A stretch of 64,000 nucleotides of DNA from Deferribacterales bacterium (GCA_050253335.1 JBFWJG010000003.1:14143-78142), one strand, 5' to 3'. Shown: positions 36,289 to 47,848, counted from the first letter of the stretch. Made by a program: numbers and translations. Notes: generated from the letters alone by a model not told the origin.

Positions 36289-37938
36289 ATGCAGGATAAA
36301 CAGCTCGGACAGTTGCTTATAGAGATGGGCTACCTCACGGAGGAACAGCTCGGTGTAGCACTCAGCGTTCAGCGTGTCCACTCCGGAGTTCTGGGGGAGA
36401 TACTCACATCCCTTGCGTTCGTCTCCTCCGCCGAAACCGCCTCCGCTGTGGCGAAACAGGCGGGCAGACCATTCACTGATATTTCAGGCATAAGGCCGGA
36501 CAGCGATCTCCTGCGGATGTTTGATATTGAAACGCTGAAAAGCCTCTCCTTCATACCTTTTGACCGAAGCGGAGACACAGTCCGCATAGCCTCGGCAGAT
36601 CCCTTTGACATACGCATAAGCGACATTGTCCGCAGGAAAACAGGCTTCAGGCCGGAAATCCATGTGGCGGACAGGGAAAGCATCCTCAGGAGCATTGAGA
36701 TAAGCTTCTACCTCATAGAAAAGCCGGTGCGGGACGAAATATCCCGCCTTATTGTCCACGGCGCCGACACCCCTTCCCTTCTGGATAATATACTGCAATA
36801 CGCCGTCACTGAGCGGGCAACGGACATCCACATCTCCCCGGAAGCCCTGGGAGCACACATCTTTTTCCGCACTGACGGCATAATGAGGCACTGCTTCTCC
36901 GTTCCCGCCGGTATCCACGCTTCGCTCATTTCACGGATTAAGATACTCTCCCATCTCGATATAGCGGAACAGCGCCTTCCGCAGGACGGCTCCATGACCG
37001 CCGAATTTTTCGGCGGGGAATATGACATACGAGTGTCGACCATACCCACCGCATACGGCGAAAATGCAGTGCTGAGACTTCTGGGCAAAAATCTCTCGAT
37101 GTTCAGTCTGGAGAGTCTCGGCTTTGACGAATCAGTGAGAGGAAGGCTTGAGAAATGCTTCGCCAGACCCCACGGAATATTCCTCGTCACAGGCCCCACG
37201 GGTTCAGGAAAAACAACCACGCTTTACTCCGCACTGCGGAGGATTAACGCCCTTCAGCGGCGCATCCTCACTGTGGAAAACCCTATAGAATACAGGTTTC
37301 CCTTCATAAAACAGACTCAGGTGAACGAAAAGGCGGGCTACACATTCCCCTCCGCCATGAGGGCATTTCTCCGGCAGGATCCGGATGTCATACTCCTTGG
37401 GGAAATGCGGGATGAGGAAACAGCGGAAATCGCCATGCGCGCCGCCATCACAGGGCATTTGGTTCTCTCCACTATGCACACAAACGATGCGGTAACCGCC
37501 GTTCCGAGGCTTCTTGATCTCGGAATAAAGAATTATCTCATCGCCTCCGGCGTTTCGGGCATTATGGCTCAGAGGCTTGTGCGCAGGGTATGCCTCTTCT
37601 GCGCAGTGCGGAAGGAGGCTGACGCGGGCGACATTCTTTCATGCGGCATAGATCCTGAAACAGCGGCCAAGGGGAGCACAGACGGGAAAATTTTCCTGCC
37701 CGAACCTGAGGGATGCCCGCACTGCGGCGGCACTGGCTACACAGGCAGAACTGTGATCTCGGAATTTCTGGAAACCGATGAAGAGATTCAGGACATGATT
37801 ATAAAAGGCGCAACACCCAACGAGATACATAAGGCCTCGCTGAAAAAGGGTATGCTGACAATGGCTGAGGACGGCTTCCTTAAAGCTGTAAAAGGGATAA
37901 CCACCCTCAGCGAAATCCGCAGAGTGGCGCTGAAATGA
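36289..37938 (+). CDS. GspE/PilB-family secretion/pilus ATPase
   Basis: GPTGSGKTTT, LRQDPDVILLGEMRD, TGHLVLSTMH, CxxC Zn sites; N-terminal MshEN-like LGQLL motif. Confidence 0.92.
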   Translation: MQDKQLGQLLIEMGYLTEEQLGVALSVQRVHSGVLGEILTSLAFVSSAETASAVAKQAGRPFTDISGIRPDSDLLRMFDIETLKSLSFIPFDRSGDTVRIASADPFDIRISDIVRRKTGFRPEIHVADRESILRSIEISFYLIEKPVRDEISRLIVHGADTPSLLDNILQYAVTERATDIHISPEALGAHIFFRTDGIMRHCFSVPAGIHASLISRIKILSHLDIAEQRLPQDGSMTAEFFGGEYDIRVSTIPTAYGENAVLRLLGKNLSMFSLESLGFDESVRGRLEKCFARPHGIFLVTGPTGSGKTTTLYSALRRINALQRRILTVENPIEYRFPFIKQTQVNEKAGYTFPSAMRAFLRQDPDVILLGEMRDEETAEIAMRAAITGHLVLSTMHTNDAVTAVPRLLDLGIKNYLIASGVSGIMAQRLVRRVCLFCAVRKEADAGDILSCGIDPETAAKGSTDGKIFLPEPEGCPHCGGTGYTGRTVISEFLETDEEIQDMIIKGATPNEIHKASLKKGMLTMAEDGFLKAVKGITTLSEIRRVALK

Positions 37939-39137
37939 TCTTCTCAGTGTATGCGTTTGACCCGGCGGGGAAAAAGCAGCGCCTCACGGTCGAAGCTTCC
38001 GATGCGCAGGAGCTCACCGCATACCTCGCGCACTGCGGGCTTGAACCGCTGAAAATCAGTGAAGCTTCTTTTCTGACACGCCTCTTCCGCAGGAAGCACA
38101 GGGTTTCCCCTGCGGAGCTCACCGAGATTCTGGAGAGCCTGCACCTCGTGATTAAATCAGGTATACCCCTTTCCACGGGACTCAGGGAACTTACCGGAGA
38201 CACAGATAACAAAGATGTAAAAAACATATTAAACCGCATATCATTCCGCACCTCGTCCGGTGATTCGTTCTCCGGAGCCTGTGAATCATGCGGCGGGGTG
38301 TTCGGCGAAACCGTGCTGAGCCTTATCCGCATAGGGGAGGAAACAGGCAGGCTGGATAAAACCCTGAAAGACGCTTCAAGCCATGTTCAGAGGGTAACAA
38401 ACCTCAAAGCGGGCATCCGTCAGGCGCTGATGTATCCTGCATTTGCCTTCGTGGCGCTGATGTCCGCCCTTCTCTTCTGGATTATCTATGTCATGCCGCA
38501 GATGGCAGATACCTTCCGCGTGTTTGAAACGGAGCTTCCCCCCGTTACTCTGGGAATACTCCGTGTTTCCGAATTTCTGGGCGGATACGGTCAGTTGATT
38601 CTGGTGTTTGCGGCGGCTGTCTGCCTGCTGTTTGTCTATCTGCGCAGGACAGACATCGGCTTCCGCCTGAAAACCGACAGAGCCTTGCTGAGAATACCGG
38701 TTGCGGGCAATCTGGCATTCCTGTTCAACATAGCCTTCTTTGCCGAATACATAAGGCTTATGACAGGCTCCGGCCTGCCGCTGTACCGCTCACTGACGGT
38801 TATGGAGGAGAGCTTCACAAACAGGGTGTTCACAAATGCGGTAAAAGGCATTATGACCGCTGTCAGCAGAGGGGAGTCTTTCTCCTCCGCAATGGCGGGG
38901 CAAAAGCTTTTCCCGCCGCTCATGGTGAGGATGGTCAGCATAGGCGAGCAGACAGGGCATCTCACCGAACAGCTTGCATCAGCAGCTGAACATTACCTTG
39001 AAAAGGCTGAAAGAACGGCAAAAACAGTGTCAAAGGTGCTGGAACCTGCCGTGATCGGCTTTATCGGAATATTCATGCTGATAATCTTCATAGGGCTCCT
39101 CAGCCCGGTTTTCAGCCTCATCAGCGGAATAAAATAG
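37935..39137 (+). CDS. GspF/PilC-family inner membrane platform protein
   Basis: GEETGRLD, ALMYP, GEQTGHL, LEP motifs. Confidence 0.9.
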   Translation: MIFSVYAFDPAGKKQRLTVEASDAQELTAYLAHCGLEPLKISEASFLTRLFRRKHRVSPAELTEILESLHLVIKSGIPLSTGLRELTGDTDNKDVKNILNRISFRTSSGDSFSGACESCGGVFGETVLSLIRIGEETGRLDKTLKDASSHVQRVTNLKAGIRQALMYPAFAFVALMSALLFWIIYVMPQMADTFRVFETELPPVTLGILRVSEFLGGYGQLILVFAAAVCLLFVYLRRTDIGFRLKTDRALLRIPVAGNLAFLFNIAFFAEYIRLMTGSGLPLYRSLTVMEESFTNRVFTNAVKGIMTAVSRGESFSSAMAGQKLFPPLMVRMVSIGEQTGHLTEQLASAAEHYLEKAERTAKTVSKVLEPAVIGFIGIFMLIIFIGLLSPVFSLISGIK

Positions 39138-40316
39138 CTACAGCAGAACAAAACCCGCGGCGGCTGAAAGCCCCACCACCGCCCATGAAGGAGTCTTCAT
39201 AAACTGAAGAAGTCCGAATGCGCAAAGAGCTATTATCACCTCGAAACGTCCGCCGATTCCCTCTGTGAAAACAGGATTGTAAAAAGCGGCAAGAAGAAGC
39301 CCCACAACAGCGGCGTTTGTCCCCGCAAGAACGCTCTGAGCGGGGGGCAGACTCCGCAGTTTTTCCCAGAAGGGCAAAACACCCAGAACAAGCAGCATTG
39401 AAGGAAGAAATATAAAAACAAGGGCAAGCATCCCCCCTGTAAATCCGTTGGGTTCCGCATGGGAAGCCGCGCCGAGATAGGCGGCAAATGTGAACAAAGG
39501 CCCCGGAACCGCCTGAACCGCGCCGTAGCCCGCCATAAACTCATCCCTTCCCAACCAGCCGCCCGCAGTAACCTCCGCCTGAATAAGCGGGAGAACAACA
39601 TGGCCTCCGCCGAAAACCAGCGAGCCCGCCCTGTAAAAGCTGTCCGCAATCCTGACAGAATGAAGATCGGAATAAGAAGCCGCAAAAGGGAGGAGAACAA
39701 GAAGAGAAAAAAACAGCGCGAGATACAGCGCCCCGCTTCTCACAGAAAAACGCTTCACCGCGGAGGCTTCACCCTGCTGACGCATTATAAGAAAATACCC
39801 CGCCGCTCCGCCTGCGATTATAACGCCAATCTGCATCAGGCCGGAAGAAACAGCAAGCACACAGCAGGCTGATATTATTGCTATTCCCGCTCTCAGCCTG
39901 TCGGGGCAGAGCTTCAGCGCCATCCCCCACACAGCGTGGGCAACAACTGCGACAGCCGCCACTTTAAGCCCCTTGAGCCAGCCCGAATCAAGGGCTCCGC
40001 TGAATGAGGCCAGTCCGTATGCGAAAGCTATCATCGCAAGGGCGGAGGGCATGGTGAAACCGACCCATGCGGCGAGCCCGCCAAGCTTCTCCGCCCGCCT
40101 GAGCCCCACGGCAAAACCCACCTGACTGCTGGCAGGCCCCGGGAGGAACTGGCACAAAGCCACGAGATCGGCATACTCCTGTTCGCTCATCCATTTCCGG
40201 CGGGATACAAACTCATCCCTGAAATAGCCCAGATGCGCCACAGGTCCCCCGAAGGATGTAAGCCCCAGACGAAGGAAAACTGTGAATACTTCTAATATAT
40301 TTTTCATTCCGCTCAT
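39138..40316 (-). CDS. chrA: Chromate efflux transporter
   Basis: SFGGPVAHLG, LPGPASSQ, FGGGHVVLPL, AVPGPLFT. Confidence 0.93.
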   Translation of the reverse strand: MSGMKNILEVFTVFLRLGLTSFGGPVAHLGYFRDEFVSRRKWMSEQEYADLVALCQFLPGPASSQVGFAVGLRRAEKLGGLAAWVGFTMPSALAMIAFAYGLASFSGALDSGWLKGLKVAAVAVVAHAVWGMALKLCPDRLRAGIAIISACCVLAVSSGLMQIGVIIAGGAAGYFLIMRQQGEASAVKRFSVRSGALYLALFFSLLVLLPFAASYSDLHSVRIADSFYRAGSLVFGGGHVVLPLIQAEVTAGGWLGRDEFMAGYGAVQAVPGPLFTFAAYLGAASHAEPNGFTGGMLALVFIFLPSMLLVLGVLPFWEKLRSLPPAQSVLAGTNAAVVGLLLAAFYNPVFTEGIGGRFEVIIALCAFGLLQFMKTPSWAVVGLSAAAGFVLL

Positions 40317-40403
40317 TGAATCTTCTCCGCTGTTGATATATTATCAATATAACATAACAATATCGTAAGTCAATATTGTAATCCGATATAAAGAGGACTG
40401 CTT

Positions 40404-40703
40404 ATGCAAAGGGAAGCCGAACTGGCGTTTATAAAACTGCATATACTGCACCATGCGGCGAAAGAGGAAGTCTACGGAGCAGGGCTGATGGAGGAGCTTG
40501 CCCGTCACGGCTACAGGATCGGAGCCGGAGTGATGTACCCTGCGCTTGCGAAGATGGAGAAACAGAGCCTTATCTCCTGCCGAACGGAAAATGTGGGCGG
40601 CAAGCAAAGAAAATATTACAGAATAACGGAAAACGGCAGAGACCTGCTTGCTGAGATGAAGCTGAAAATTGAGGAACTGCACGAAGAGCTTAATGAGGAT
40701 TAA
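40404..40703 (+). CDS. PadR-family transcriptional regulator
   Basis: YGAGLMEEL..GVMYPAL..RKYYRITENG; divergent from chrA. Confidence 0.88.
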   Translation: MQREAELAFIKLHILHHAAKEEVYGAGLMEELARHGYRIGAGVMYPALAKMEKQSLISCRTENVGGKQRKYYRITENGRDLLAEMKLKIEELHEELNED

Positions 40704-40717
40704 AACGTTTCTTTTCC

Positions 40718-41257
40718 CTAAATGAACGAGGCTATTCTTCTCTTTAATTCCTCCGCGTGTTCAAGAGCCCGTCTCCTTATGTCCTCCTTATCTCCTGCGA
40801 GGTAAGGCACAAAAAGATAGCTTCCGCTCACAACCGGCTCTGCGTACACCATTCCGGTGTATTCGGCAAACTCTTTAATATCATTCAGAAGATTAAAAGC
40901 AGGCTTGGACGATGAGTCATCAACCCTGCCCCCCATTGTGGCGGAGGCTATGAGAATTTTCCCTCTGAGCCTGCCACCGCCTTCACCGAAGGCGAATCCG
41001 TCCGTAAAAACGTCAGAGAGCCATTTTTTAAATATCCACGGCATATTGAACCACTGGAGCGGGAACTGGAAGATAATAATATCCACTTCAAGGAGGGCGG
41101 CCTTTTCAGCTTCGATATCGAAGCATCCGCCGGCTGAAATGTCTGACAGGCAGTGCACAGCCACCCCGCCCGTTTTACTGAGTTCCTCCGCTATTGTGCG
41201 GTTGACAACAGAACTCTCCGGACTGGGGTGACCGGACACCAGAAGTATTTTATGCAT
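40718..41257 (-). CDS. NAD(P)H-dependent oxidoreductase, flavodoxin_2 (KefF/NQO-like)
   Basis: GHP..S, FQFPLQWFNMPW, GFAFG..LRGK. Confidence 0.85.
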   Translation of the reverse strand: MHKILLVSGHPSPESSVVNRTIAEELSKTGGVAVHCLSDISAGGCFDIEAEKAALLEVDIIIFQFPLQWFNMPWIFKKWLSDVFTDGFAFGEGGGRLRGKILIASATMGGRVDDSSSKPAFNLLNDIKEFAEYTGMVYAEPVVSGSYLFVPYLAGDKEDIRRRALEHAEELKRRIASFI

Positions 41258-41266
41258 CAGTACTCT

Positions 41267-41905
41267 TTATTTCGTTCCGAAAAGCCTGTCTCCGGCATCG
41301 CCGAGACCGGGGACAATATAGCCGAGCTCATTAAGCTTTTCATCAAGGGCGGCGGTGTACACTTTAATATCGGGGTGAGCATTGCAGAAAGCCCGCACAC
41401 CTTCGGGAGCGGCGATCAGGCTCATGAACTTGATCGTTTCCGCGCCCTTGTCCTTGAGCATCTGCGCCGCGGCAATGGCGGAACCGCCAGTTGCGAGCAT
41501 GGGGTCTATCAGTATGAATTCCCTCTTCTCGCAGTTCTGCGGAACCTTGAAATAATACTGCACAGGCTGGAGGGTTTCGTGATCCCTGTAAAGGCCTATA
41601 TGCCCCACACGGGCGGAAGGCATGAGTTTCAGCACGCCCTCCACCATGCCGAGCCCCGCACGGAGAATCGGCACGAGCACCACCTTCTTGCCGGAAACCT
41701 CATGGGCTTCCATCTCGCAGATGGGGGTCTTTATCTTCACCTTCCGCAGGGGGAAGTCCTTTGTAATCTCGTATGCCATAAGCATGGCAACCTCATCCAC
41801 AAGCTCCTTGAAGTCCCGCTTTGAGGTTTTTTTATCCCTGATGTAGCGCAGCTTATGCTGAATCAGCGGGTGGCTGATCACCGTAAGATTCTTAAATTCC
41901 TCCAT
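41267..41905 (-). CDS. upp: Uracil phosphoribosyltransferase
   Basis: [34 protein letters not shown]. Confidence 0.97.
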   Translation of the reverse strand: MEEFKNLTVISHPLIQHKLRYIRDKKTSKRDFKELVDEVAMLMAYEITKDFPLRKVKIKTPICEMEAHEVSGKKVVLVPILRAGLGMVEGVLKLMPSARVGHIGLYRDHETLQPVQYYFKVPQNCEKREFILIDPMLATGGSAIAAAQMLKDKGAETIKFMSLIAAPEGVRAFCNAHPDIKVYTAALDEKLNELGYIVPGLGDAGDRLFGTK

Positions 41906-43134
41906 TACTTATCCTCAGGAAGAATCAGGTTGAGAACAACGCCCACTATACCCGCAAGCCCTATGCCGCCGAGGGTAACTTTCCACATGGAAAGGTTAAC
42001 GCCGCCTATCCCGCATACAAGAATAACGGAAGAGATGATCAGGTTTCTGGGTTTGGACATATCGACTTTAGCCCTGACGAGGGAGTTGATGCCTATGCCC
42101 GCTATCATTCCGAAAAGAAGGAACATGATTCCGCCCATTACGGGAACGGGAATAGTTTTAAGCACAGCGCCGAGCTTGCCGAAGAAAGCAAGGCATATGG
42201 CGAACACTGCCGCTATGCGCATATACATAGGGTCAAAAGCCTTTGTGAGCGCCACTGCGCCTGTAACTTCGGAATATGTGGTATTGGGAGGTCCGCCGAG
42301 AACGCTTGCCATGCTTGTCGCAAGACCGTCACCGAGGAGTGTTCTGTGGAGCCCGGGGTCTTTGAGGTAGTCTTTCCCCGTGGTGGAGCTTATTGCGAGA
42401 ACATCGCCCACATGCTCAATAGCAGGAGCAATGGCAACAGGGAGTATGAATATAATCGCTTCTATGTCAAACTGAGGAAATGCGAAGGAGCCGTTTCTGG
42501 AAGCCTCTATCCACGGAATGGAGATCCATGCCGCCTGCATTATGGGCTCAAAGCTAACATGCCCCATGATGAGGGCTGCGATATAGCCGACACAGATTGC
42601 AGTAAGTATCGGGATAAGGCTGAGAATTTTTCTGCCGTATGCAACTACGACTATGGCGGTAAGGAGGGTTATTCCGGCGAGGATTACCGCTCTTATGCTG
42701 TACTGACCGTCACCGAAGTGCTTTGTCATCCCCACGGCAACAGGAGCGAGGTTAAGGCCTATCACCATAATAACGGGGCCTGTGACAATCGGCGGGAGGT
42801 ATTTTTCTATGGCCTTCACTCCGCCCTGCTTCACAAGAAAGCTGAAAAGAATGTATGTAAGCCCCGCACAGGTGAGACCGCCGAGGGTTTTGGCAACGCC
42901 GAAATTCTGCATTCCGTATTGAATGGGTGCGATGAATGCGAATGAACTAGCAAGAAAAACAGGTACTTTACCCTTAGTGACAACCTGAAAAAGCAGAGTT
43001 CCGGCGCCTGCGGTAAACAGGGCGATAGACGGGTCAAGCCCCGTCAGCAGGGGGACGAGAACCAGTGCTCCGAATGCCACGAAAAGCATCTGAAGCCCCA
43101 GAATAGTCTTCTTTACTCCCGAAATGTTCTCCAT
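41905..43134 (-). CDS. uraA: Uracil-xanthine permease (UraA/PyrP)
   Basis: [29 protein letters not shown]2 signature. Confidence 0.93.
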   Translation of the reverse strand: MENISGVKKTILGLQMLFVAFGALVLVPLLTGLDPSIALFTAGAGTLLFQVVTKGKVPVFLASSFAFIAPIQYGMQNFGVAKTLGGLTCAGLTYILFSFLVKQGGVKAIEKYLPPIVTGPVIMVIGLNLAPVAVGMTKHFGDGQYSIRAVILAGITLLTAIVVVAYGRKILSLIPILTAICVGYIAALIMGHVSFEPIMQAAWISIPWIEASRNGSFAFPQFDIEAIIFILPVAIAPAIEHVGDVLAISSTTGKDYLKDPGLHRTLLGDGLATSMASVLGGPPNTTYSEVTGAVALTKAFDPMYMRIAAVFAICLAFFGKLGAVLKTIPVPVMGGIMFLLFGMIAGIGINSLVRAKVDMSKPRNLIISSVILVCGIGGVNLSMWKVTLGGIGLAGIVGVVLNLILPEDK

Positions 43135-43142
43135 AAAACCTC

Positions 43143-43670
43143 CTTAATATAATAATAAAAATTTTTCCATCCCTGGAAAATTTTTATACACACTCGCGGT
43201 CTGTAAAACAGACCTTCGTTCGCACGGCGCGCTCCCTTCTACTTAACAACAGTAATCCGTACATCCTGTCGGATTACTGTACACGCTCGCGCCGTGATAA
43301 ACACGGCTTCGCTGCGCACGGCGCGCCCCCTTCCATGGGAGCGTTTATGACTCACGCATCTCATGGAAAATTTTATACACGCTCGCGCCGTGGTGAACAC
43401 GGCTTCGCTGCACACGGCGCGCTCCCTTCTACTTAACAACAGTAATCCGTACATCCTGTCGGATTACTGTACACGCTCGCGCCGTGATAAACACGGCTTC
43501 GCTGCGCACGGCGCGCTCCCTTCTACTTAACAACAGTAATCCGTACATCCTGTCGGATTACTGTACACGCTCGCGCCGTGGTGAACACGGCTTCGCTGCG
43601 CACGGCGCGCTCCCTTCCATGGGAGCGTTTATGACTCACGCATCTCATGGAAAATTTTTATACACGCTCG
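43143..43670. repeat. Tandem array of ~93-97-bp palindromic units (5 full plus 1 partial core)
   Basis: Core acacgctcgc-hairpin-ttcgctgcgcacggcgcgctcccttc at 43188, 43281, 43377, 43471, 43565 and 43662 (partial). Confidence 0.92.
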
Positions 43671-43695
43671 TCTTCGCTGACCCTATCCGGCTGTT

Positions 43696-43799
43696 GAGAC
43701 TCTTCGCATAAGCTCAGAGTGACGCTGTTCAGTGTGTCATTCTGAGGCACAGCCGAAGAATCTCCATCCCCCTTTGCAAAGGGGGAAAGAGGGGGATTT
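43696..43799. repeat. REP-like elements of two other types (GTCAT..AGAATCT pair; CCCCCTTT..AAAGGGGG hairpin)
   Basis: gagactcttcg..ctcagagtgac (43696-43723), gtcattctgagg..gaagaatctc (43736-43764), tccccctttgcaaaggggga (from 43767). Confidence 0.7.
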
Positions 43800-44066
43800 C
43801 AGATGCTGTTTCCCGCTCATCGGCAGACCTTGACCCGCTCTGATTCGGATGCTTTCAGTCCGCCTTACTAAGTTTTACTCCGATACAAAAAACAATAATT
43901 ATGAAAGATTTAACCGACGATTGAAGATACGGATACAGCACACGGCGCAAACGCACAACAAAACATTTGATATTAAATTAATATTCTTTTCAGATCAAGC
44001 GGTGAATAAAAAGCTAATAAAAAAAGCCGCTCCTTTTCAAAAAAGAGCGGCCTCAGTATTCCGTGT

Positions 44067-46019
44067 TTATTCCGTTCTGAACTTTCTCACCAGACTATCC
44101 AGCTCTTCAGCCAGTCTCTGGAGATCCGTTACTGTCCGGCTGACCTCTGCCATGCCGGAGGAGCTTTCCTCCACACCGGCGGAGATAACCTGAACATTAT
44201 CGTTTGTTCCGGCTATCGCCCTGCCCTGTTCGTCCACCGCTGTTCTTATCACGGCCATGGCGGAACGGATGTCATTAACAGCGTCCACAATATTGTTAAA
44301 ATACCCGTCCACTTCCTTAATAGCCCCGACACCTTCATCCACTGTTTTTTCTGCTTTGTCCATATGGACGGAGGCGCTCTTTGTCTCAGTCTGAAGGCTT
44401 GTGATCAGCCCGCCGACCTCTTTGGTGGCGTTCTGGGTTCTTTCCGCCAGCTTGCGCACCTCATCGGCTACAACGGCAAAGCCTCTGCCCGCCTCACCTG
44501 CTCTTGCGGCTTCGATAGCGGCATTCAGCGCAAGAAGGTTTGTCTGATCCGCAATATCGTTAATGACGCTTATTATATCTCCTATTCTGGAGGATGCCTC
44601 ACCCAGTTTGCCTATTGAGCCTGCCAGCCTGCCGGTTTCAGCGCGGATGCCCTCGATCCTTCCCACAGCCTCAGTGAGCTGTCTGCGTCCGTTTTCCACT
44701 GTTTCCGAAGCTGTTTCGGAAAAGCTTATGCCGTCTGTCAGGCTTGCGTTTATTTCTCCTGCCGAGGCGCTCATCTCCTCAAGAGCGGCGGCAACTCCGG
44801 AAACCTGCGCCGCCTGTTCCTGAAAAGTGCTCGAGAACTGTTCCGTGGTTGAAGCCAGCTCCGAGTTGCCTGAGGCCACGCCCGCGGCATTCAGCTTCAC
44901 TTCGGAAATTATGCCGTTTATCTTTGATATAAATCTGTCAAAATGATCGCAGAGCACGCCCAGTTCGTCATGCACCCTGCTGTTAATTCTTCTTGTGAGG
45001 TCCCCTTCCCCTCTTGAGATCTCCTCAAACATTCCCGCAAGAATCTTAACCCGCCTGAAAACGAGTATATTCAGCACGGCGAACATCACCGCGAGAATAG
45101 TTATAACCAGTGCGGCGGCGCCGAACATGAAGATTTTCACCATTTTATTCGCTTCGGCGATCTCTTTTGTTACCAGCTCGGTTTTCTCTGCCAGAAAAAA
45201 GTAGCCTATCTCCATGCCGTTTAAGCCCGTCGCAGGAACAGCGGTGATGAAATATCCTCCGGCCTCGGCATACCCGCTTTTAACAAGAGCCTCGGCGTCA
45301 ATATCCTTAACCGCGTCCACAAGTTCGCTGTTAAAGCTTTTCTGCGCGACCACATATCTGCCCATCTTGGGATTTTCCCTTGCTTCCTCAGCTATATCGA
45401 GATATTTCTGATCCATAAGCATGAGAACGTCGGTTCCTCTTTCTTTCAGTTCTTCAACAATGTCGTTTACTCCCTGAATGAACTCCATTGAGCCTATGTA
45501 TCCGCCTTCATGAAAGATAGGCACAATAGCCCTGTGCGAAAGTCCGGCCACACCTATTTCAAAAACTACCATGGGCTTGCGGGTTTTCTTCATCTCAATC
45601 AGCGAATAGCGGAATGAGCTCAGATCGTCCCCGTATTTCTTCGGACTCCATGCGCGCAGGAAAGACTTTATATCCGCGGTATGGATATGAATCTGAACAT
45701 TTTTCAGTTTGGTATTTTCCTTAAAACTCTCAGAAAGCTTCTGAAGCGGTTCAATCGCAAGCTCCCTGTTTCCAGTTACAAGTGCATCGACCACGGCCTG
45801 ATTGTTTACCACGGCTAGAGCGTTCGTAAGCCCTACATCGTCCTTCGCCGCAAGCTTTTCATTAAGGGAATATACGAGGTTGTCGGCTGTCTTCAGGAAC
45901 ACAGATTCTGCTATATCTTTTGTAAGAGTGCGCATGTACAGGAAAAGTCCTGCAAAAACAACCAAGGACGCGCCGAGAACAAAAATACCCAGCTTCTTTT
46001 TTATGGAAAGTCCTGTCAT
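44067..46019 (-). CDS. Methyl-accepting chemotaxis protein (Cache sensor, HAMP)
   Basis: [38 protein letters not shown]; 2 TM. Confidence 0.95.
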   Translation of the reverse strand: MTGLSIKKKLGIFVLGASLVVFAGLFLYMRTLTKDIAESVFLKTADNLVYSLNEKLAAKDDVGLTNALAVVNNQAVVDALVTGNRELAIEPLQKLSESFKENTKLKNVQIHIHTADIKSFLRAWSPKKYGDDLSSFRYSLIEMKKTRKPMVVFEIGVAGLSHRAIVPIFHEGGYIGSMEFIQGVNDIVEELKERGTDVLMLMDQKYLDIAEEARENPKMGRYVVAQKSFNSELVDAVKDIDAEALVKSGYAEAGGYFITAVPATGLNGMEIGYFFLAEKTELVTKEIAEANKMVKIFMFGAAALVITILAVMFAVLNILVFRRVKILAGMFEEISRGEGDLTRRINSRVHDELGVLCDHFDRFISKINGIISEVKLNAAGVASGNSELASTTEQFSSTFQEQAAQVSGVAAALEEMSASAGEINASLTDGISFSETASETVENGRRQLTEAVGRIEGIRAETGRLAGSIGKLGEASSRIGDIISVINDIADQTNLLALNAAIEAARAGEAGRGFAVVADEVRKLAERTQNATKEVGGLITSLQTETKSASVHMDKAEKTVDEGVGAIKEVDGYFNNIVDAVNDIRSAMAVIRTAVDEQGRAIAGTNDNVQVISAGVEESSSGMAEVSRTVTDLQRLAEELDSLVRKFRTE

Positions 46020-46203
46020 AAATCAACTCCGTGCTTCTTATTGTATTTTGACATGGGTTAAACCAGAATAATACATGCAAAAACAGATATGTTCAATAAC
46101 ATTTAAACACTTTTTTAGTCTTAAACAATACAAGGAAGATAGAATTAAAAAAACCCGCAGTAAGGTATACTGCGGGTCTGCTGATTTTATTAACTGATGT
46201 CTC

Positions 46204-47634
46204 TTATTTCTGTTCGGCTGTTTTCAGATCGCCCAGAACATAATCAATTACGTCCTTTGCGGTGAATGAGGAGTTGCCGCTGCTGAGAAACTCCTTCACT
46301 GCGGCGAAGCATGAGCCCGCCGTAACCAGAGGCTTCTCAAGGTAGCCGTTCACATACTGGGTCGCGTGGCCTATGTTGGCGAGAAGACCGTTGCAGAGGC
46401 ATTTGCGCCCGTGCGTGTCTTCCTCCAGCCCGCCTTTCTCGATGTAAAGCTTAACAGGTTCCGCGGGGCATCTGTAGCCGACTGTGCCGTCTTCCTTTCT
46501 GAAAAGGGTGCGCAGATAGCCGAGATTGCATATTCTGGGCCTTACAGCATATTCAGAGGGTTCTGAAAGTGAGCCGAGAACCTTGAGAACCTTGAAAGGA
46601 AAGCCTGTGGGAGATGCGAAAATATCGGTGACAACCTCAAACTTCCCGAAGGAGAGAATGGCTTTTCTCAGCTTTTCATCAAGGCCTGATTCACGGCAGA
46701 ACGCAAAAGCGGTTCCGAGCTGAACTCCCGCAGCTCCTTTTTTTATTGCTTCCTTCAGTTTGTTTGCCTCGCCGAATGCCCCTGCAAGCCAGAAGGGAAC
46801 ATCAAGGGATTTGAGTTTTTCCAGATCGATGAAATCCTTTTCGCCGTACACGGGTTCGCCGGAATCATCAACGGTCATCCCGCCCCTTGGGGGAGCATTG
46901 TGTCCGCCTGCAATGGGATATTCCACAACAAGGCCGTCTACCTTGCCTGTGGATTTTTTAACCATAGTTGTGGCGAGTATGTTTGAGGAGATGATAGCCA
47001 GAAAATCCGGCCTTTTAAGAAAAGGAAGCCCGCTTCCGAAAAGCTCTTTGGGATCAAGGGAGATCTGAAAGCTTTCATCCTTGAGAGCGCCCTCAACGTT
47101 GAGCTTCATGTCTCCTCTGAGGTTTTCGGAAAAACGGTCAAGAATGCCCGGAATCTCTCTGGGAATTCCCGCGCCCATTATAACATAGTCTACTCCGGCC
47201 AGCATCGCTCCGTAGAGGGAGGCGAGGTTGGGAAGCTGTATTTTTTCAAGAAGATTTATGCCCACTTTTCCGCTGTGCCCTTCTTTGGCGAGGTAAACCT
47301 CGGCAAAGTTGGCGGCGATGGTAAGCTCCGTAAGTTCTCTGGGTGAGTTAACACTGTGCATGGGCACTCCGGAGTATTTTCCGGCCTGAGGAAGCCCTTC
47401 TTCTCTGAAATATTTTTTAAGAATTTTAGCGGCGGCATCCTGAAAAGGGAACGCAGCAAGAGCCCGTCTCATATGACCGCCCTTGTCACCCTCCTGAAGC
47501 CTTCTGGCGAAAATAACATCCATGGCCACGCCTGAAACCACGCCTAGCTGCCCCTGTCTGGAGACCTCTCTTGCCAGTATCCAGTTTGAAACCGCGGCGC
47601 CCATTCCGCCTTGTATGATAAGTGGATGACTCAT
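46204..47634 (-). CDS. Nitronate monooxygenase / 2-nitropropane dioxygenase-like flavoprotein
   Basis: IIQGGMG, MGAGIP, AGGHN, GVQLGTAF, SPTGFPF. Confidence 0.85.
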   Translation of the reverse strand: MSHPLIIQGGMGAAVSNWILAREVSRQGQLGVVSGVAMDVIFARRLQEGDKGGHMRRALAAFPFQDAAAKILKKYFREEGLPQAGKYSGVPMHSVNSPRELTELTIAANFAEVYLAKEGHSGKVGINLLEKIQLPNLASLYGAMLAGVDYVIMGAGIPREIPGILDRFSENLRGDMKLNVEGALKDESFQISLDPKELFGSGLPFLKRPDFLAIISSNILATTMVKKSTGKVDGLVVEYPIAGGHNAPPRGGMTVDDSGEPVYGEKDFIDLEKLKSLDVPFWLAGAFGEANKLKEAIKKGAAGVQLGTAFAFCRESGLDEKLRKAILSFGKFEVVTDIFASPTGFPFKVLKVLGSLSEPSEYAVRPRICNLGYLRTLFRKEDGTVGYRCPAEPVKLYIEKGGLEEDTHGRKCLCNGLLANIGHATQYVNGYLEKPLVTAGSCFAAVKEFLSSGNSSFTAKDVIDYVLGDLKTAEQK

Positions 47635-47848
47635 TTTTTTACTCCAAAGTACAAATTAATTGCCGTCCGCACAAAATAAATTATTGTGCCTCATTTTACA
47701 AGAAATATATAACCCTTGCGCAGTCAGGATAAAAATATAATTTATGTATTATAGTTGACAAGCAGAAATATACTGCAATAATACTATGCATAAACATGGG
47801 CGGTACACCTTTTAAACAATATATACAATAAGTTAACAGGTATTATTT

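Noticed and set aside
43143..43670. Possible CRISPR array
   Set aside because: The 'spacers' are only two recurring sequences, the constant part is about 52 bp with variable stems, and there are no cas genes in the window.
43239..43711. ORFs 43239-43454 (-) and 43484-43711 (+)
   Set aside because: Translations of the repeat array, with no RBS or protein-like features.
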